DNA of 62,777 bases, counting the filler. It is 14 parts of 14 records of this genome, joined end to end, with 100 filler letters (N's around TTAATTAATTAA, not from the genome) between each part and the next. Parts side by side here need not be neighbours in the genome. Positions count along the whole stretch, not along the records: positions 20,150 to 24,982 come from SRR15195285_8746; positions 25,083 to 29,378 come from SRR15195285_8752; positions 29,479 to 33,556 come from SRR15195285_8755; positions 33,657 to 38,090 come from SRR15195285_8760; positions 38,191 to 41,912 come from SRR15195285_8774; 9 more parts are not named here. The stretch is one strand, 5' to 3'. The translations under genes and the position numbers were made by a program. The notes beneath the pieces were generated by a model. The model did not search any database. It saw nothing but the letters and a program-made list of their open reading frames with translations, and had not been told where the DNA came from. Position 1 is the stretch's first letter. Every line of letters begins with the position of its first letter. Below are positions 23,031 through 38,192 of this stretch, one piece after another.

Positions 23031-24699
23031 ATGGCCAGCCGCCACGGCGATGCCAGTGGGTGGGGCGACATCTCGCCGGTGAAGCGGACAGCGCTCAATC
23101 TCGCCCTGGTGGCACCGATCTCTCCGATGCCTTCCCCGCGGCAGCTGCGGGCGCTGGAGGAGCTGGTGGACAGCCCGTCCGCCACGGGATGGACTTCCCA
23201 GCAGAGAGACGGTGTGATGATCACTACTGGCTCCGACGAGCTCGATACACTGCTGGGCGGCGGTGTCGAGACGGGCGTGGTGACTGAAGTCCGTGGTGGT
23301 TCACAGGCCATGCTGCACCTGGTCTGCGCTCTGTCGGTCACGACGCAGCTGCCTGAGGCGCCAGCTGAGGTACCAGCTGAGGCACCAGCTGCGGCACATC
23401 ACCGGGTTCCTGGCCGGCTGTACGGGATGAAGTTGTTCGGCGGGGCTAATGGGAAGGTCATGGTTATTGACACGCAGGGCGACTATCTAGATGGCCGCAG
23501 TTGTATCTACGCCATCTGTCAACGGTTCAGCCTAGACCCAGCGGCAGTCCTCGAGAACATCACTTACACCTGCACTGCCGATCACGGCCGGCAAAACGCA
23601 GCTCCAGGGACGCTGGCAAGCGGTAGCGATCGCGAAGCACAGGAGCGGATCGCTGCAGACGAAGCGGAAGAGGACCAAGAGGACGATGAGGAAGATGACG
23701 AGGACCAAGATCCGGGCTTTTCTCCGGCGGGCTTCTTGATCCACTATCCTGGCCAGCATCCTGCGTGGATATCCCCTGCTCCTGAGCCGGAGCCAGAGCC
23801 TGCGCCAGGCTCTGTCTCGCCGTGGCCAGATCTGGTCAGCCAGAGTGAGAGCAGACAGAGCCAGAGCCAGAGCCAGTTCCTGGACGTGAGCGAGCAATCC
23901 GCAGCCGCCGGAACGACTGGGAGAGACCCAGCTCCCTGGCCTGCGAACCTTGGCATTGCAGCGCAAAAGCGAAGGCAGATGGAAGAGGATGAGGCAGCTG
24001 AAGCTGCAGCACGCAGAGGTCTAGAGACACTGGTGAGCAGTTCGGACGAAGAGACTGAGGCTGCGCGTGAGCGCCAGCACGAGCCCGAGAACAATGGATC
24101 TAGCGCAGAGGGAAAAGACCAGGACGAGGAGAGCACTGAGAGGAATGAGGAGAACACTGAGCAGCAGGAATTTCCCGACGGTGAAACTACTCTAGACTCA
24201 TCTACAGGAGCATGGCAGATGGAATTGCTACAGGAGGCCGCGGAGCTAATTGCGTCTGAGGCAGGAACACACCCTAGCTATCGTTGCCTTATCGTGATGC
24301 AGCCCCACAAACTCTTCGACGAATGGACAGAGAAGAGCCGCGACGAGGTGCTGGATAAACTCAGCGACCATGTAACGGTGCGTGACTAGCCATGCACCTG
24401 CTAAGTGCGACAGTGCAACGCAGACGCTAACGCTACGTACGTGTGTCTCGATCGGCCAGGCGGCGGGGTGTGCCGTGTGTTTCATCTCCCACGCCGAGTC
24501 GGAGGGTGGTGAGGCGGCTGCGACGGTCGACACGCCCGACAGAGGTAGTGAGGTGACGGCGTGCGTGAGGCGGAAGGACACCCGGCGCGGTAAGGACAAG
24601 AGTGCTGTGATATACGACTTGTCCGTGCCGACATTGGCAGTGGGGCCAGAGCAGCTGCACGCTGCGCACCGGCCGGAAGGATCAACGGCTGACGGGTGA
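23031..24699 (+). CDS. Degenerate Rad51/Dmc1-like recombinase paralog with large acidic insertion
   Basis: ITTGSDELDTLLGGGVETGVVTE, VTTQLP, GGANGKVMVIDTQG, RFSLDPAAVLENITY, QMELL..AA, AVCFISH, RRK...AVIYD. Intron 24378-24459 (GTGCGT...gctaac...CAG). Confidence 0.8.
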
Positions 24700-24917
24700 G
24701 GCGCACTGGTGCGCCGCGCCCGCCGTGGGGGCATTGCGTGTACGGCTTGATGGTGTACGGGTAGCTGCCAGTATCGGGGGGGGCGCGCGACAATATATCA
24801 ACAAGTATATTGTGCGCCGTTGAAGGCTACCTCTGGCCAAGCTTCAGCTGTCAGCTCGATGGATTCGTCTCGGAAAAGGTATCGCCCTACCGACGAGCTT
24901 AGAAGCCGACGTACATC

Positions 24918-24978
24918 GGGACCGGGTCGGTCTTGTACGGGACCGGGTCGGTCTTGTACGGGACGGCCTTGTACGGGG
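24918..24978. repeat. 21-bp tandem repeat (gggaccgggtcggtcttgtac x2 plus a partial copy) at contig end
   Basis: Read directly from the sequence. Confidence 0.85.
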
Positions 24979-25587
24979 TGACNNNNNNNNNNNNNNNNNN
25001 NNNNNNNNNNNNNNNNNNNNNNNNNNTTAATTAATTAANNNNNNNNNNNNNNNNNNNNNNNNNNNNNNNNNNNNNNNNNNNNACAAACGGCTGCAGTGCC
25101 GCCGCACCGTCTGCCCAGCCTACTATACACACCGTCTGCACTGGCTCTACGCCCCCACACCGCCCCCAATAACGGCTCTTGCCGCCCACCCCGCTTGACC
25201 CCTGTTTTTCCCACACTGTGCGGCACTTTTTGCGCGCGATCGAATTTTTTTTCGTGCACGGGATTGCAGATGCAACATGCATGGCTATTTGGCTATCCAG
25301 CCGCGCCGCCCGTCTGCAACATGTATCGAATGAAACAAATGCTGTAGGATCCTATACATGTAGTATACTCCTTGGACAAGCACTTTCCAGGACACACACA
25401 GCTGTGTTGATACCAGTATAGCGTACATGTAATCGGTACCCGGGGTACCGGTACAGTACTATTGTCATCAGTAGTGCTACCAGTACCATGAGCTCAGCGC
25501 ACGCACGCACGCCGCGGCGCGCGCGGAGCATGCAGCGCTGATCCACCAGGACCAGGCCGGGCGACGGGGCAGATACCGGCTGGGGAT

Positions 25588-26724
25588 ATGCTGCGGGGCG
25601 CTCACGCGATGCGACGCAGCCGCGTGCTCAACGACGTGTGTTGTGCCTTGACTGCGCCTATGGTGGCGGCGGGCATCAAGACGCTGTCGGCGGAGGAGGT
25701 GGTGGCAGCCGCGGCTGCCCGACGCGCCGACGCGACCAACTCGCACCTGGTCGCCATGTACTCTTCGTACCATGGCGGTATCATCACGGACCCGGGCCTC
25801 ATGTCGCTGCCGGTTGACGACCACATGGCAAACCGCGGGCATGGAATGTTCGACACCGGAGGATTTGCCGACGGCCGCTTCTACCGCCTGGAAGCCCATG
25901 TGGAGCGCATCCTGCGCAACGCGGGCAGGGCCAACATCCCCCACAGCTTCACCAAAGAGGGCCTCGTGGAGATTATCGTTGAAACCGTGAAGTCGACGGG
26001 GCTGAAGGATGGCTCAGTGCGCTACTTCCTCACCGCGGGTCACGGTGGATTCAGCTGGACGCCCGACGAGTGCGTAGAAGCGGGGTTCTATTGCATCGTC
26101 ATCGATGGATCAGCTGCGACAGGCAGTGCGGTGCCGCAAGTGCAAGACCTGACTCTCGAGAAGGAGTTTACGGCACAGACCCGGTTTCTGCGCCCTCAGT
26201 TCCTTGCGCAGACCAAGTCGAATAACTACCTGCTGAACGTCATGATCGCTATGGAATCAAAGGCCAAGGGCGGGGCAGGGTATGGCATCTGGGTTGACGA
26301 AGACGACCTCGTGATCGAGGGTGCCGTCTGCTCTGTTGTGTTCATTACCGACGAGCTCGAGCTCGTCACGCCGCGCACAGATTTTGAACGTACTGCTCTG
26401 GATGGCAAGACCGTCGAGCGTGTTCTTGCTATCGGAGAACGCATGGTCACTGAGGGCAAGCTCAAGTCCGTGCAGCAGCGCGATGTGACAGCCACGGAGG
26501 TCAAGGGTTCACTGAAGGAAATGATCATGGTCGGTGGAGACACGCACTTTACTCCGATCGGCGAGTGGGACGGGGTACCAGTCGGCAGCGGTGGAATGGG
26601 CGGTGAGGTAGGCGATGTATGCAAAGAGATCTACCAGAGCGTCCTTGACGAGATGTTGCAGGAACAGAATGACAACTCGCTCCACATTGACATCTACGAA
26701 ACAGTCAGCGCGACCGCTAACTAA
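25588..26724 (+). CDS. Class IV PLP aminotransferase, plant D-amino-acid transaminase/aminodeoxychorismate lyase-like
   Basis: AMYSS..GGIITDP.LM..PVDDHM..RGHG.FDT, HVERI, catalytic Lys in KSNNYLLN, EGA, LDGKT, WDG.PVG.G. Presequence-like N-terminus. Confidence 0.9.
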   Translation: MLRGAHAMRRSRVLNDVCCALTAPMVAAGIKTLSAEEVVAAAAARRADATNSHLVAMYSSYHGGIITDPGLMSLPVDDHMANRGHGMFDTGGFADGRFYRLEAHVERILRNAGRANIPHSFTKEGLVEIIVETVKSTGLKDGSVRYFLTAGHGGFSWTPDECVEAGFYCIVIDGSAATGSAVPQVQDLTLEKEFTAQTRFLRPQFLAQTKSNNYLLNVMIAMESKAKGGAGYGIWVDEDDLVIEGAVCSVVFITDELELVTPRTDFERTALDGKTVERVLAIGERMVTEGKLKSVQQRDVTATEVKGSLKEMIMVGGDTHFTPIGEWDGVPVGSGGMGGEVGDVCKEIYQSVLDEMLQEQNDNSLHIDIYETVSATAN

Positions 26725-26780
26725 TTGACGGCTGCCTGTGTGCCAGTTGGATGGACGTTCGCGCAAAAAGTATAAGTGGC

Positions 26781-28815
26781 TCACATCTCATCTTTCTCCA
26801 CATGTGCTTGCTGCTTCGCCTCCTGCTCAGACATCCTTAGCAACTCTTCTTTCCTCCTTCGTTTGCCTTCGGCTGACGACGCATGGTAACCGCCCTCGGC
26901 AACCTCGCCCCATTCGTCGGCACGGTCCTCTGGCCTGATTGAAACCGGGTAGAGCTTTCGATCATACAGCTCTTGCTGACTAAAGTGCACGGCATAGATG
27001 CTGCAACCATTCAGCAGCACAGACTTTCTGCGAATAGTCTCGTCAACCTGAGCACAAAATACAGACGCAGCCACAATGTAGCCAGTCAGCGGAACCACCG
27101 CTAGTAACGGGTACTGTGATCGGCATATTCAGCTAGTCGTACCGTGTGCGTGAGGTTGGCTGCAGCTGCAGTGACCAGCTGCCCACCAGGAAAGTGGCTA
27201 GCAGAAGAGTCCACCGCAGGACGCCAACCAACGAAAACTCCACGCCCCTCGACGTTTGGGCGACCGTGCGAGCTAGCATTGGCTTCGTGATAGTGCCTAC
27301 GCAGAGAGCATGTGGAGTTTGAGCTATTCGAAACACTAAGAGCGGTGTCGCGTGCTGGGGGATGGCTACTGTGTACGCACATCTTGATCGCTCCTTCCGC
27401 AGTCAATATGACCTGGAAAGACGTCGTGTGCTTCGGATTCGGTCTATTCCCTGCTTCCAGTGGGCTGTTAGCCGCAGCTACTCTGTTGAAGTAGATTCCA
27501 AAGCTGTAGTCGTGCTCGAGCTTCCCTGCCCACACCCTGTCGACGCAAACCAGGCTTATGTTGAGTCGCAAGGCCAGACACATGATGTACAGACAGGCGC
27601 GGCCAACGTACCCGCTGGTGCCCTCCTCGTTCTCAATCGTAGGATCGAGATCAGTATAGTAAGGAGCAATGACTGCCTCTCCATGGTCCGTGTGTATACT
27701 ATCAAGCGGTGCACAACACTCATGGGTTGAATTGGCACTACCTATGCTGTCGTCATCCGGAAGGACGGCCACAGTATCGCCAGCTTGGTCCACGGTGGGT
27801 GATGGTGACGGGAGCAGAACAAGGTATCCGTTACCGGAGATCTGAACGCGGTTGTAGCTCTTGCCGTACCAAGGCATATCGAAACCAAGGTCGAGGGCAG
27901 AGTGTAGCTGCGAAACACACACAATTGTGATCCAGTGGCAACATCAAGTGAGCCTGTCGGCTCGCATTGCCCACATAGGATGCATGCGGAGTCACTTGGA
28001 ATGGGCAAAGTTGTTGACTGACCATATCCTTCTCTATCCCCAGGCGCCGCCAGCCGCGCACTTTTTTCGCATGATTGATCTCGGGTTGGGTCAGCGCTCC
28101 GGTTGTGCCATGTTTCCACAGATATGTGTAGTGCCCGTCTGAGCCGGCCCCAATACCTTCCCTTGCGCGGTAATCAATCGCCGCTAGTCCAGTGCGCACC
28201 GCAGTGTGGTCAATCTCGCAGCTTTCACATAAGACACACTGTATCGCTCATGGCACTGTCAACAGCGGTGGGGCAGTTCGTACCTTGACACTGCGGACGC
28301 AACGAACGACAAATCGCTCTGTAGTCGTACTCGAATGGCAGGCGGTGCTCCCAACATAGATACGGCGGATATGCGGCTGCAGCAAGCGCTCCGAGTACTA
28401 CCGCCCAGCTGAGAACTCGAACAACCACGTGCCCCCACACGTATAGCACCATCAGCACTGGGATCATCACGCTGCCGTCAAAACACTCAGGGCACGCAGC
28501 TGTATCCAGGGCCTGCTTGACAGGATAAAGCCAGTGGCCCCGCTTCTTGTCGAGATACTCGAACTGTGGTGACAGCGTTAGGCGCCAGTGCATCAAAAAC
28601 AGAGTCGCACATAGAAACAACACCATCACCGTGCGGATTGAAGTTCTCGGCTGCTCGTCTTCCTCCTCCTCCTGCTCTTCCGCGTGTTCCCCAGTTCTGT
28701 GTCCCCGCCACTTGGGCCGAGGCCCGTGAACGCGTCGCTGCCTCGCACCAAGCTCACCCATCGCAGCGAGCCGAACGTCGTTGAAGCCCTCTGCTACCTG
28801 TAGTATTCCCTCCAT
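26781..28815 (-). CDS. Multi-exon membrane protein with a NIDO/nidogen-G1-like extracellular domain
   Basis: N-terminal TM helices (VMVLFLCATLFL; VLMVLYVWGHVVV...VVLGALAAA). Later exons carry LDLGFDMPWYGKSY..V.IS.NGYL, IAPYYTDLDP and TSFQVIL...GAI. Exact exon boundaries not all resolved. Confidence 0.6.
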
Positions 28816-29479
28816 GACAACGGGGCTGCTGCCTTCCCGTAGGTCGCGCCGGCAGCCCTACGACTACAGCTGCGAGGGCAGAGAACAGGTAGGCGCCACG
28901 GCAGCGTCACGGGCTAGTAGGGCACGGGCAAACGCAGTGTCAATGCCACTACCAGGCACACTCAAGGAGGGGGCGGTCCCTGTCTCAGAGAGCACAGCAC
29001 TTCTGTAGCCACCACCTGCAGCAGCTGGCTGAGCAGCAGCGACAGTCCAGCTGTACGTACCGCGCTTATTATTGTCCGCGTGGCGCCGGCGCCGGCGCGG
29101 CGCGCGCGGCGCCGGCGGCGGCGCAGATCGTGATGCAGCACGCACGCGTACGCACGCACGCGCGTGTAGCCGTGTACACTCTCCGTAGAGCTAGATCTCT
29201 CTGAGCTACTCTCGAGTACTCTAAGATCTCTAGCTAGCCTAGAGGAATCCTATTCTGTATTCAATTCTACAATACCCTTCGTACAAAACTGTACCGCGTA
29301 CAGCTGTACCGGACGGCTCTCCGGCCCCGGCGGGTGGCTGTGCGTGTAGTGTTATCACACTTAACTAGAAAAGTGTGANNNNNNNNNNNNNNNNNNNNNN
29401 NNNNNNNNNNNNNNNNNNNNNNTTAATTAATTAANNNNNNNNNNNNNNNNNNNNNNNNNNNNNNNNNNNNNNNNNNNNC

Positions 29480-29926
29480 GGCCACTGCGACGTGCTCTTC
29501 AAGCCGACCAAGGCCGCGGAGTTCCAGTTCCGCCCCACCGCAGGGGAGGCGATGTCATACTTCGTCGGCGGTGCCAACTATGAAGGCGGCTACGACGAGG
29601 ACGGCGGCTTCGCCATCAACGGTGGTAAGGGCTGGGCCAAGTGCGTGTACGACAACCACAACGTCGTCATCAAGAACGGGATCGGCATTGCCATGGGTAA
29701 CTACACCTTCACGTGCGCGACTTCTGGGGACGAGGTCAAGGTCGAGTACACGTTCGGCTACGAGCGCTGTGCAGACGGCAAGGTCCGCATCTTCCTGCAC
29801 CACAGCTCCGTGCCGTACGTCAGCGCGAAAGCTATCAAAGAGCTGGCTGAAGGCGAGCCGGGAGCGTTGGACAAGGCCCTGGCGAAGGGCGGATCGATGC
29901 TGTCGCTCCCGACCGAAGGCAAGTGA
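29480..29926 (+). CDS. Partial iota-class carbonic anhydrase (COG4337-type), C-terminal domain
   Basis: VLFKPTKA..QFRPT..AMSYFVGG, EDGGFAI, AMGNYTF, KVEYTFGY and the signature IFLHHSSVPY. Strong C/G bias at third codon positions. Confidence 0.85.
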   Translation, partial: GHCDVLFKPTKAAEFQFRPTAGEAMSYFVGGANYEGGYDEDGGFAINGGKGWAKCVYDNHNVVIKNGIGIAMGNYTFTCATSGDEVKVEYTFGYERCADGKVRIFLHHSSVPYVSAKAIKELAEGEPGALDKALAKGGSMLSLPTEGK

Positions 29927-30132
29927 GAACTGCGATAGTGGCAGCGGTGCGGCGGCAGGTGGAGGAAGGAAGAGCGAAGGAACGAACTGACACTGTAGAA
30001 TGAAGCACCTTTGTGGGTTTGACTGGCGTCTCATCGCCATGCAGGCTTAGCGATGCGATGTCTTGACGGCGTGCGCAGGCTACGAGTAAATCGACAATTA
30101 GGATCGGCATGGTCTGTGAGCATTCAAGGGAG

Positions 30133-33100
30133 TCACACTTCTCGGGTTGAGCCGCCGCCGCGTTTCCCTCCGGACTTGCGGCGCCGTCTTTCCCATCGCT
30201 CGTTCGTCCCAGCCAGCTCTCCCCATTGGTTGACTGCGGCCATGAGCGTCCGGCACAGCAGCGTCAGCAGCAGGAGGTCGGCGCGAGCAGCGATCCAAAC
30301 CCACTGCATGGCACCGTTTGTGAAGCGTACCTCTAGCTGCCCCTTGGTAGCCCGCAAGCACCTTCGGGTCAGTAGTCGGGCCGCTCTTGTCCGGGTCTCC
30401 AATGGGTGAGAAGACGCTGCGTGCAAAACAGTTGGTCAAGAAAGGCACAGCAATCCCACCATGTGGCAAACGTAGCCACACAGCCATAGCCACAATATAT
30501 TCGAATAGCAGAAGTAGCGGGTAGGTACACAAGACAAGACAGCACATGCAAAGCAGATCTAATCCCACTGCACCTGTTCTGTTGGAATTGAACATCATCA
30601 GCCATCCGAAACATCCCACTGGATGATGGCGCCCGTCGGGGTCCTGCCGCGTGCTCAAACAGTTCCTCAGATGTTACTGAGGTGCGGTCTACGGTCGACG
30701 CCCCGCCTGCGCGACACGGTGGCGCAACCACCGCAATTAGTACCAATTCATATACGATTTAGGGACAGAAGAGGACAAGACACCGGCGAGACATAGGAAG
30801 GAGGAAGGTGGAGGGTGGAGGGTGGAGGGTGGAATCATCCAAGTGCGACATATGAGAAGAGCAATTTTTCAAGAGGTTATGTCTCTGCGTTGGCATGTGG
30901 TGGGCCAACTAAGCATGTGATACACCAAAAGGGGCGCACCAGGCGACATAAGTTGGCTGCTGAGGCGTAGAGTCTCGCTTTGCTGGATGACCCGTTCTTT
31001 TGACAGTTTCACGCCTTTCTCCAGATCTGAAAGGCGCTGCGAAATGTTGGTCTTCTCCATGAGAGTCTGCATCTTGAGCCCGACAACGAAGGTCATGTTG
31101 TACAGGAGTCGCATGTGGGCGTCACTGCATGCGCCCAAATAAGACATGATGTAGAAAGGTGCTATCAGCACATATCCAAGAACGAAGTCCCACATCCAGT
31201 AGGATGAGTAGATGAATTCACTCCTGTAGCCCATGTAGTAGAGCGTGTTCACCACGAACGCGTAGACATAGCCAGCCGCTGCGAAGTACTCGAAAAGAAG
31301 GTCAACTGGGTGTGAATACTTCTGGAAGAGGACGTAGACAGCGGTAACTATCACTCCGCAGGAGAACAAAACCGCGATGCGGCGCACCCGCCGCGACTTG
31401 AGCCCTTGCTGAAAGCAACCGAGGCCCATGAACGAAACGGAGTTGCGCGTCACGCACAAATTCACCATCACACCGAAGAGCACGATCGCCGGTACTATCC
31501 ACAAATGCTCCGTAGAGGAACCTAGATTCTCGACGATGATCGCCAGCGCAAGGATCAGCCAGAACAAGTTGCGGCAGATGAGGTTGGCCTTCTGTGTCGT
31601 ACTCAAATTATTGTAAATCGAGTTGGCATCTTCCCAGTGCGCGCGCCATGACATGTTCGGGTCTACCAAGTCGTTCCGCCCGATAAATTTGCGCCAGGCA
31701 TTCAGGTCTTTTTCTACCTCGGTGCGGTCAAACGCCAGACAGTTAAAGATGAATGGGGCATACAGCAGGTCGAGCGCGAAGAGCCATGTCGCCCAGGACA
31801 CAGCTAAGTACTGTGACTGATCGACGATGAACTGCCAGTACACTAGCAGATTGAGCGTGAGAGTGAACCCGTAGTTGAAATGCGAGTTGCAGAACATCCG
31901 GAAGAGCTTTACAAAGTTTGTGTGGCCGAGAACAAACCCGCGGCCAGTTGGCATGTACTTCGCGCCACCGAGCGTGATCGTAATATCGTAGAAGTAGCTC
32001 TTAGTACGGATGTGGAACATGAAGAATAACGGGCCACCAGTACCGAGGACGCGGAGCATTTGATATGTTGCAGCTCCAAAACCCTTTTCAAGTATGAGCT
32101 CAGCCACCAGAGGCACGGTGAGGATGATGCCGAGCTGGACTGAAAAGGTAACGGCTTTCGTAAGGTCGGAGAGCAGTGCACTCTCTTCGTCTGGAATGCA
32201 GATCGAGATGAGCAGTTGAGTGTAAACGAACCAGGAGGTTGACCAGATTACGAACATGTTAGACCAGTAAAAGCCGTTGGACGAGTGGAAGAAGGACAAC
32301 AGCCGAGGCAAGTCGAACTGGTCTGTAAGCCTCGAGAAGTCGCGGCTCAGAGCCTGCTCACCATTTCCGGAGGATATCTTCGACTCGAAAAGGTACACCT
32401 GCTCGAAGCCAAGATCCTTGCCCTTGCCAGCCTTGATGTACTCGCGGTATATCACCCTCCCTCCCTTCAGCACAGAGTTGAAGGCGCCGAAAATATCTTC
32501 AGAGACGCACAGTACTTTATTAGCCTTGGAAATTCCACCGCGTGTCACGTGGAATAGTCGACAAAACACGTCGGGGTGGCCGTAGTGCATGCGGACGTCG
32601 AAAGGGCTGCCCAGAGTACGCTGGATCAGGGTCGCAAATGTGAATTCTGTCAACGCAGCGAATTCGGCAGTGGCACTGAGCGCCTCCGTGAACTGGTGCT
32701 CTGGGAAGCCAATGATGGCAACACGGTCTTTGTCGAACTCTCGAAGAAGGTTGCGCATCTTGAGCGCCTCCTCGAAGTAGCCGTCCTGATTCATGTCCAA
32801 AGTCTGGATGGTCTCACCACGCGTGAAAATGATTGCGTGGTTCTGATTCTCAGGTTTGCCCTCACCGACAAGCATGTGCCCAGGTAGTTCCACCCGGTAA
32901 ATCTCGACCGTGTCATTGGAGGGCGCATCCCAACGCATGAGGCACGAGTAGTGCTTCCTCTTGTCTTCGCTCTCGTCAGTGTACGCAATCCGCAAATGCG
33001 GAAAGAGCCTCAGTAAATCCTTGATCTGCTGTACCTTAGCGTGGCGCGGTGTCCCTGGCTTCTCGCGCGTGTAAGCACCATAAATCTGGCATGAAATCAC

Positions 33101-33556
33101 GTAGCCGTACTTCTGGTGCGCGTGCTTCTGCGGGAGCGTTTCCGAGCGCCACACGGCACCGCGTGCCATTCGATCGCGCGGGCTGCTAGAATCGGTCGTC
33201 GAATCGCCACGCCGTCGGGTTCCTCCATCCTGCTGCGGCAAAGGTTCGTTTTCATGCTCGTGCTTAGCAAACAGCTGCAGGGCCTCATCGTACTGCATAA
33301 TGCCGTGTATCACGCGCGCGAGGGTCTGACCACGAAGTGATGCCCACAGCCGCACTTCCATATTCATGAGCGGATCGTCCCATACCTTTTCCGGGATTGT
33401 CGGAGGATCGCGGTTCGCGCCTTCTAGGCCCAGGCGTTCAAACATGTTAGCCCACTCGTTCGGATGCATGGCCTTGAGGTAGAAGCACCACGAGGGTGTG
33501 CCGCCGGAGCTACCGCAAATTTGATCCTGGTCATAGAGTACATCTTCGTCGTAGAA
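30133..33556 (-). CDS. Partial 1,3-beta-glucan (callose) synthase, GT48 (FKS/GSL family)
   Basis: RLWASLRGQTLAR, LRIAY, GEGKPENQNHAIIFTRGE.IQTLDMNQD.YFEEALKMRNLL, RMHYGHPD, SEDIF, KISSGNGEQ.LSR, multiple TM helices. Short C-terminal exons splice through to the stop at 30133. Confidence 0.95.
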
Positions 33557-33811
33557 NNNNNNNNNNNNNNNNNNNNNNNNNNNNNNNNNNNNNNNNNNNN
33601 TTAATTAATTAANNNNNNNNNNNNNNNNNNNNNNNNNNNNNNNNNNNNNNNNNNNNGCAGGATGGTGAACATGAAATTTGATAGAACTAATTGGCGATGA
33701 TGTGTGCTTGACTCTTTCGTGCACAAGCAGTGCAATCAGCATGCTGTGTTGCATCTCCATGAGCGCAACCCTGACACATGGCATGATTGCGTGTCTCCAT
33801 CTCACAGCCAA

Positions 33812-37568
<3,757 letters not shown>

Positions 37569-38192
37569 GAATAAGTACCCTGATCAAAACCAGCGAAACC
37601 AGGGCAAATCCCAATAGGAAGCGAAAATGAAAATCACTGGTTGGAGGTTTAGCGCGTTACCAGCGGCTGCGAACGCGCGCAGCGATGCAGCTGAGCTCGG
37701 GGCTGGCTGGCCTGCAGTCGCTGATGCCGCTGCAACTCGCTGCTTGGCCGCGCGCCGGGCAGCTGCTCCCCCACCGCTCGCACCGCGCCCTCCCCATTGG
37801 CTTGGCACTGGGGTGTTCAGCCACTGGCTCATCCTCTGTCGTGCGCCGATCGGCGTGCTCGCGCTGCGTGCCGCCACGCAAGCGCACAGCCACGAGTGTG
37901 CACTCGATCGCCGGCGCCGTTGGCGTTGCGGCGGGCGGCGGGCGCGCGCTGGCTTAATTTACACTTCAAGTCAACCGCGGCCGCGGTGTACTGTACACCC
38001 CTTTTAGTGTACGAAAAAGTCGTATTCCTGCATTGCGTTCTTTCGACTTCCCAATATTAAACCGAATATTCTGAGCCTAGTAGCCCTGTANNNNNNNNNN
38101 NNNNNNNNNNNNNNNNNNNNNNNNNNNNNNNNNNTTAATTAATTAANNNNNNNNNNNNNNNNNNNNNNNNNNNNNNNNNNNNNNNNNNNNGT

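Noticed and set aside
24918-24978. 21-bp direct repeat as a CRISPR array
   Set aside because: Head-to-tail copies with no spacers, no cas genes, eukaryotic context.
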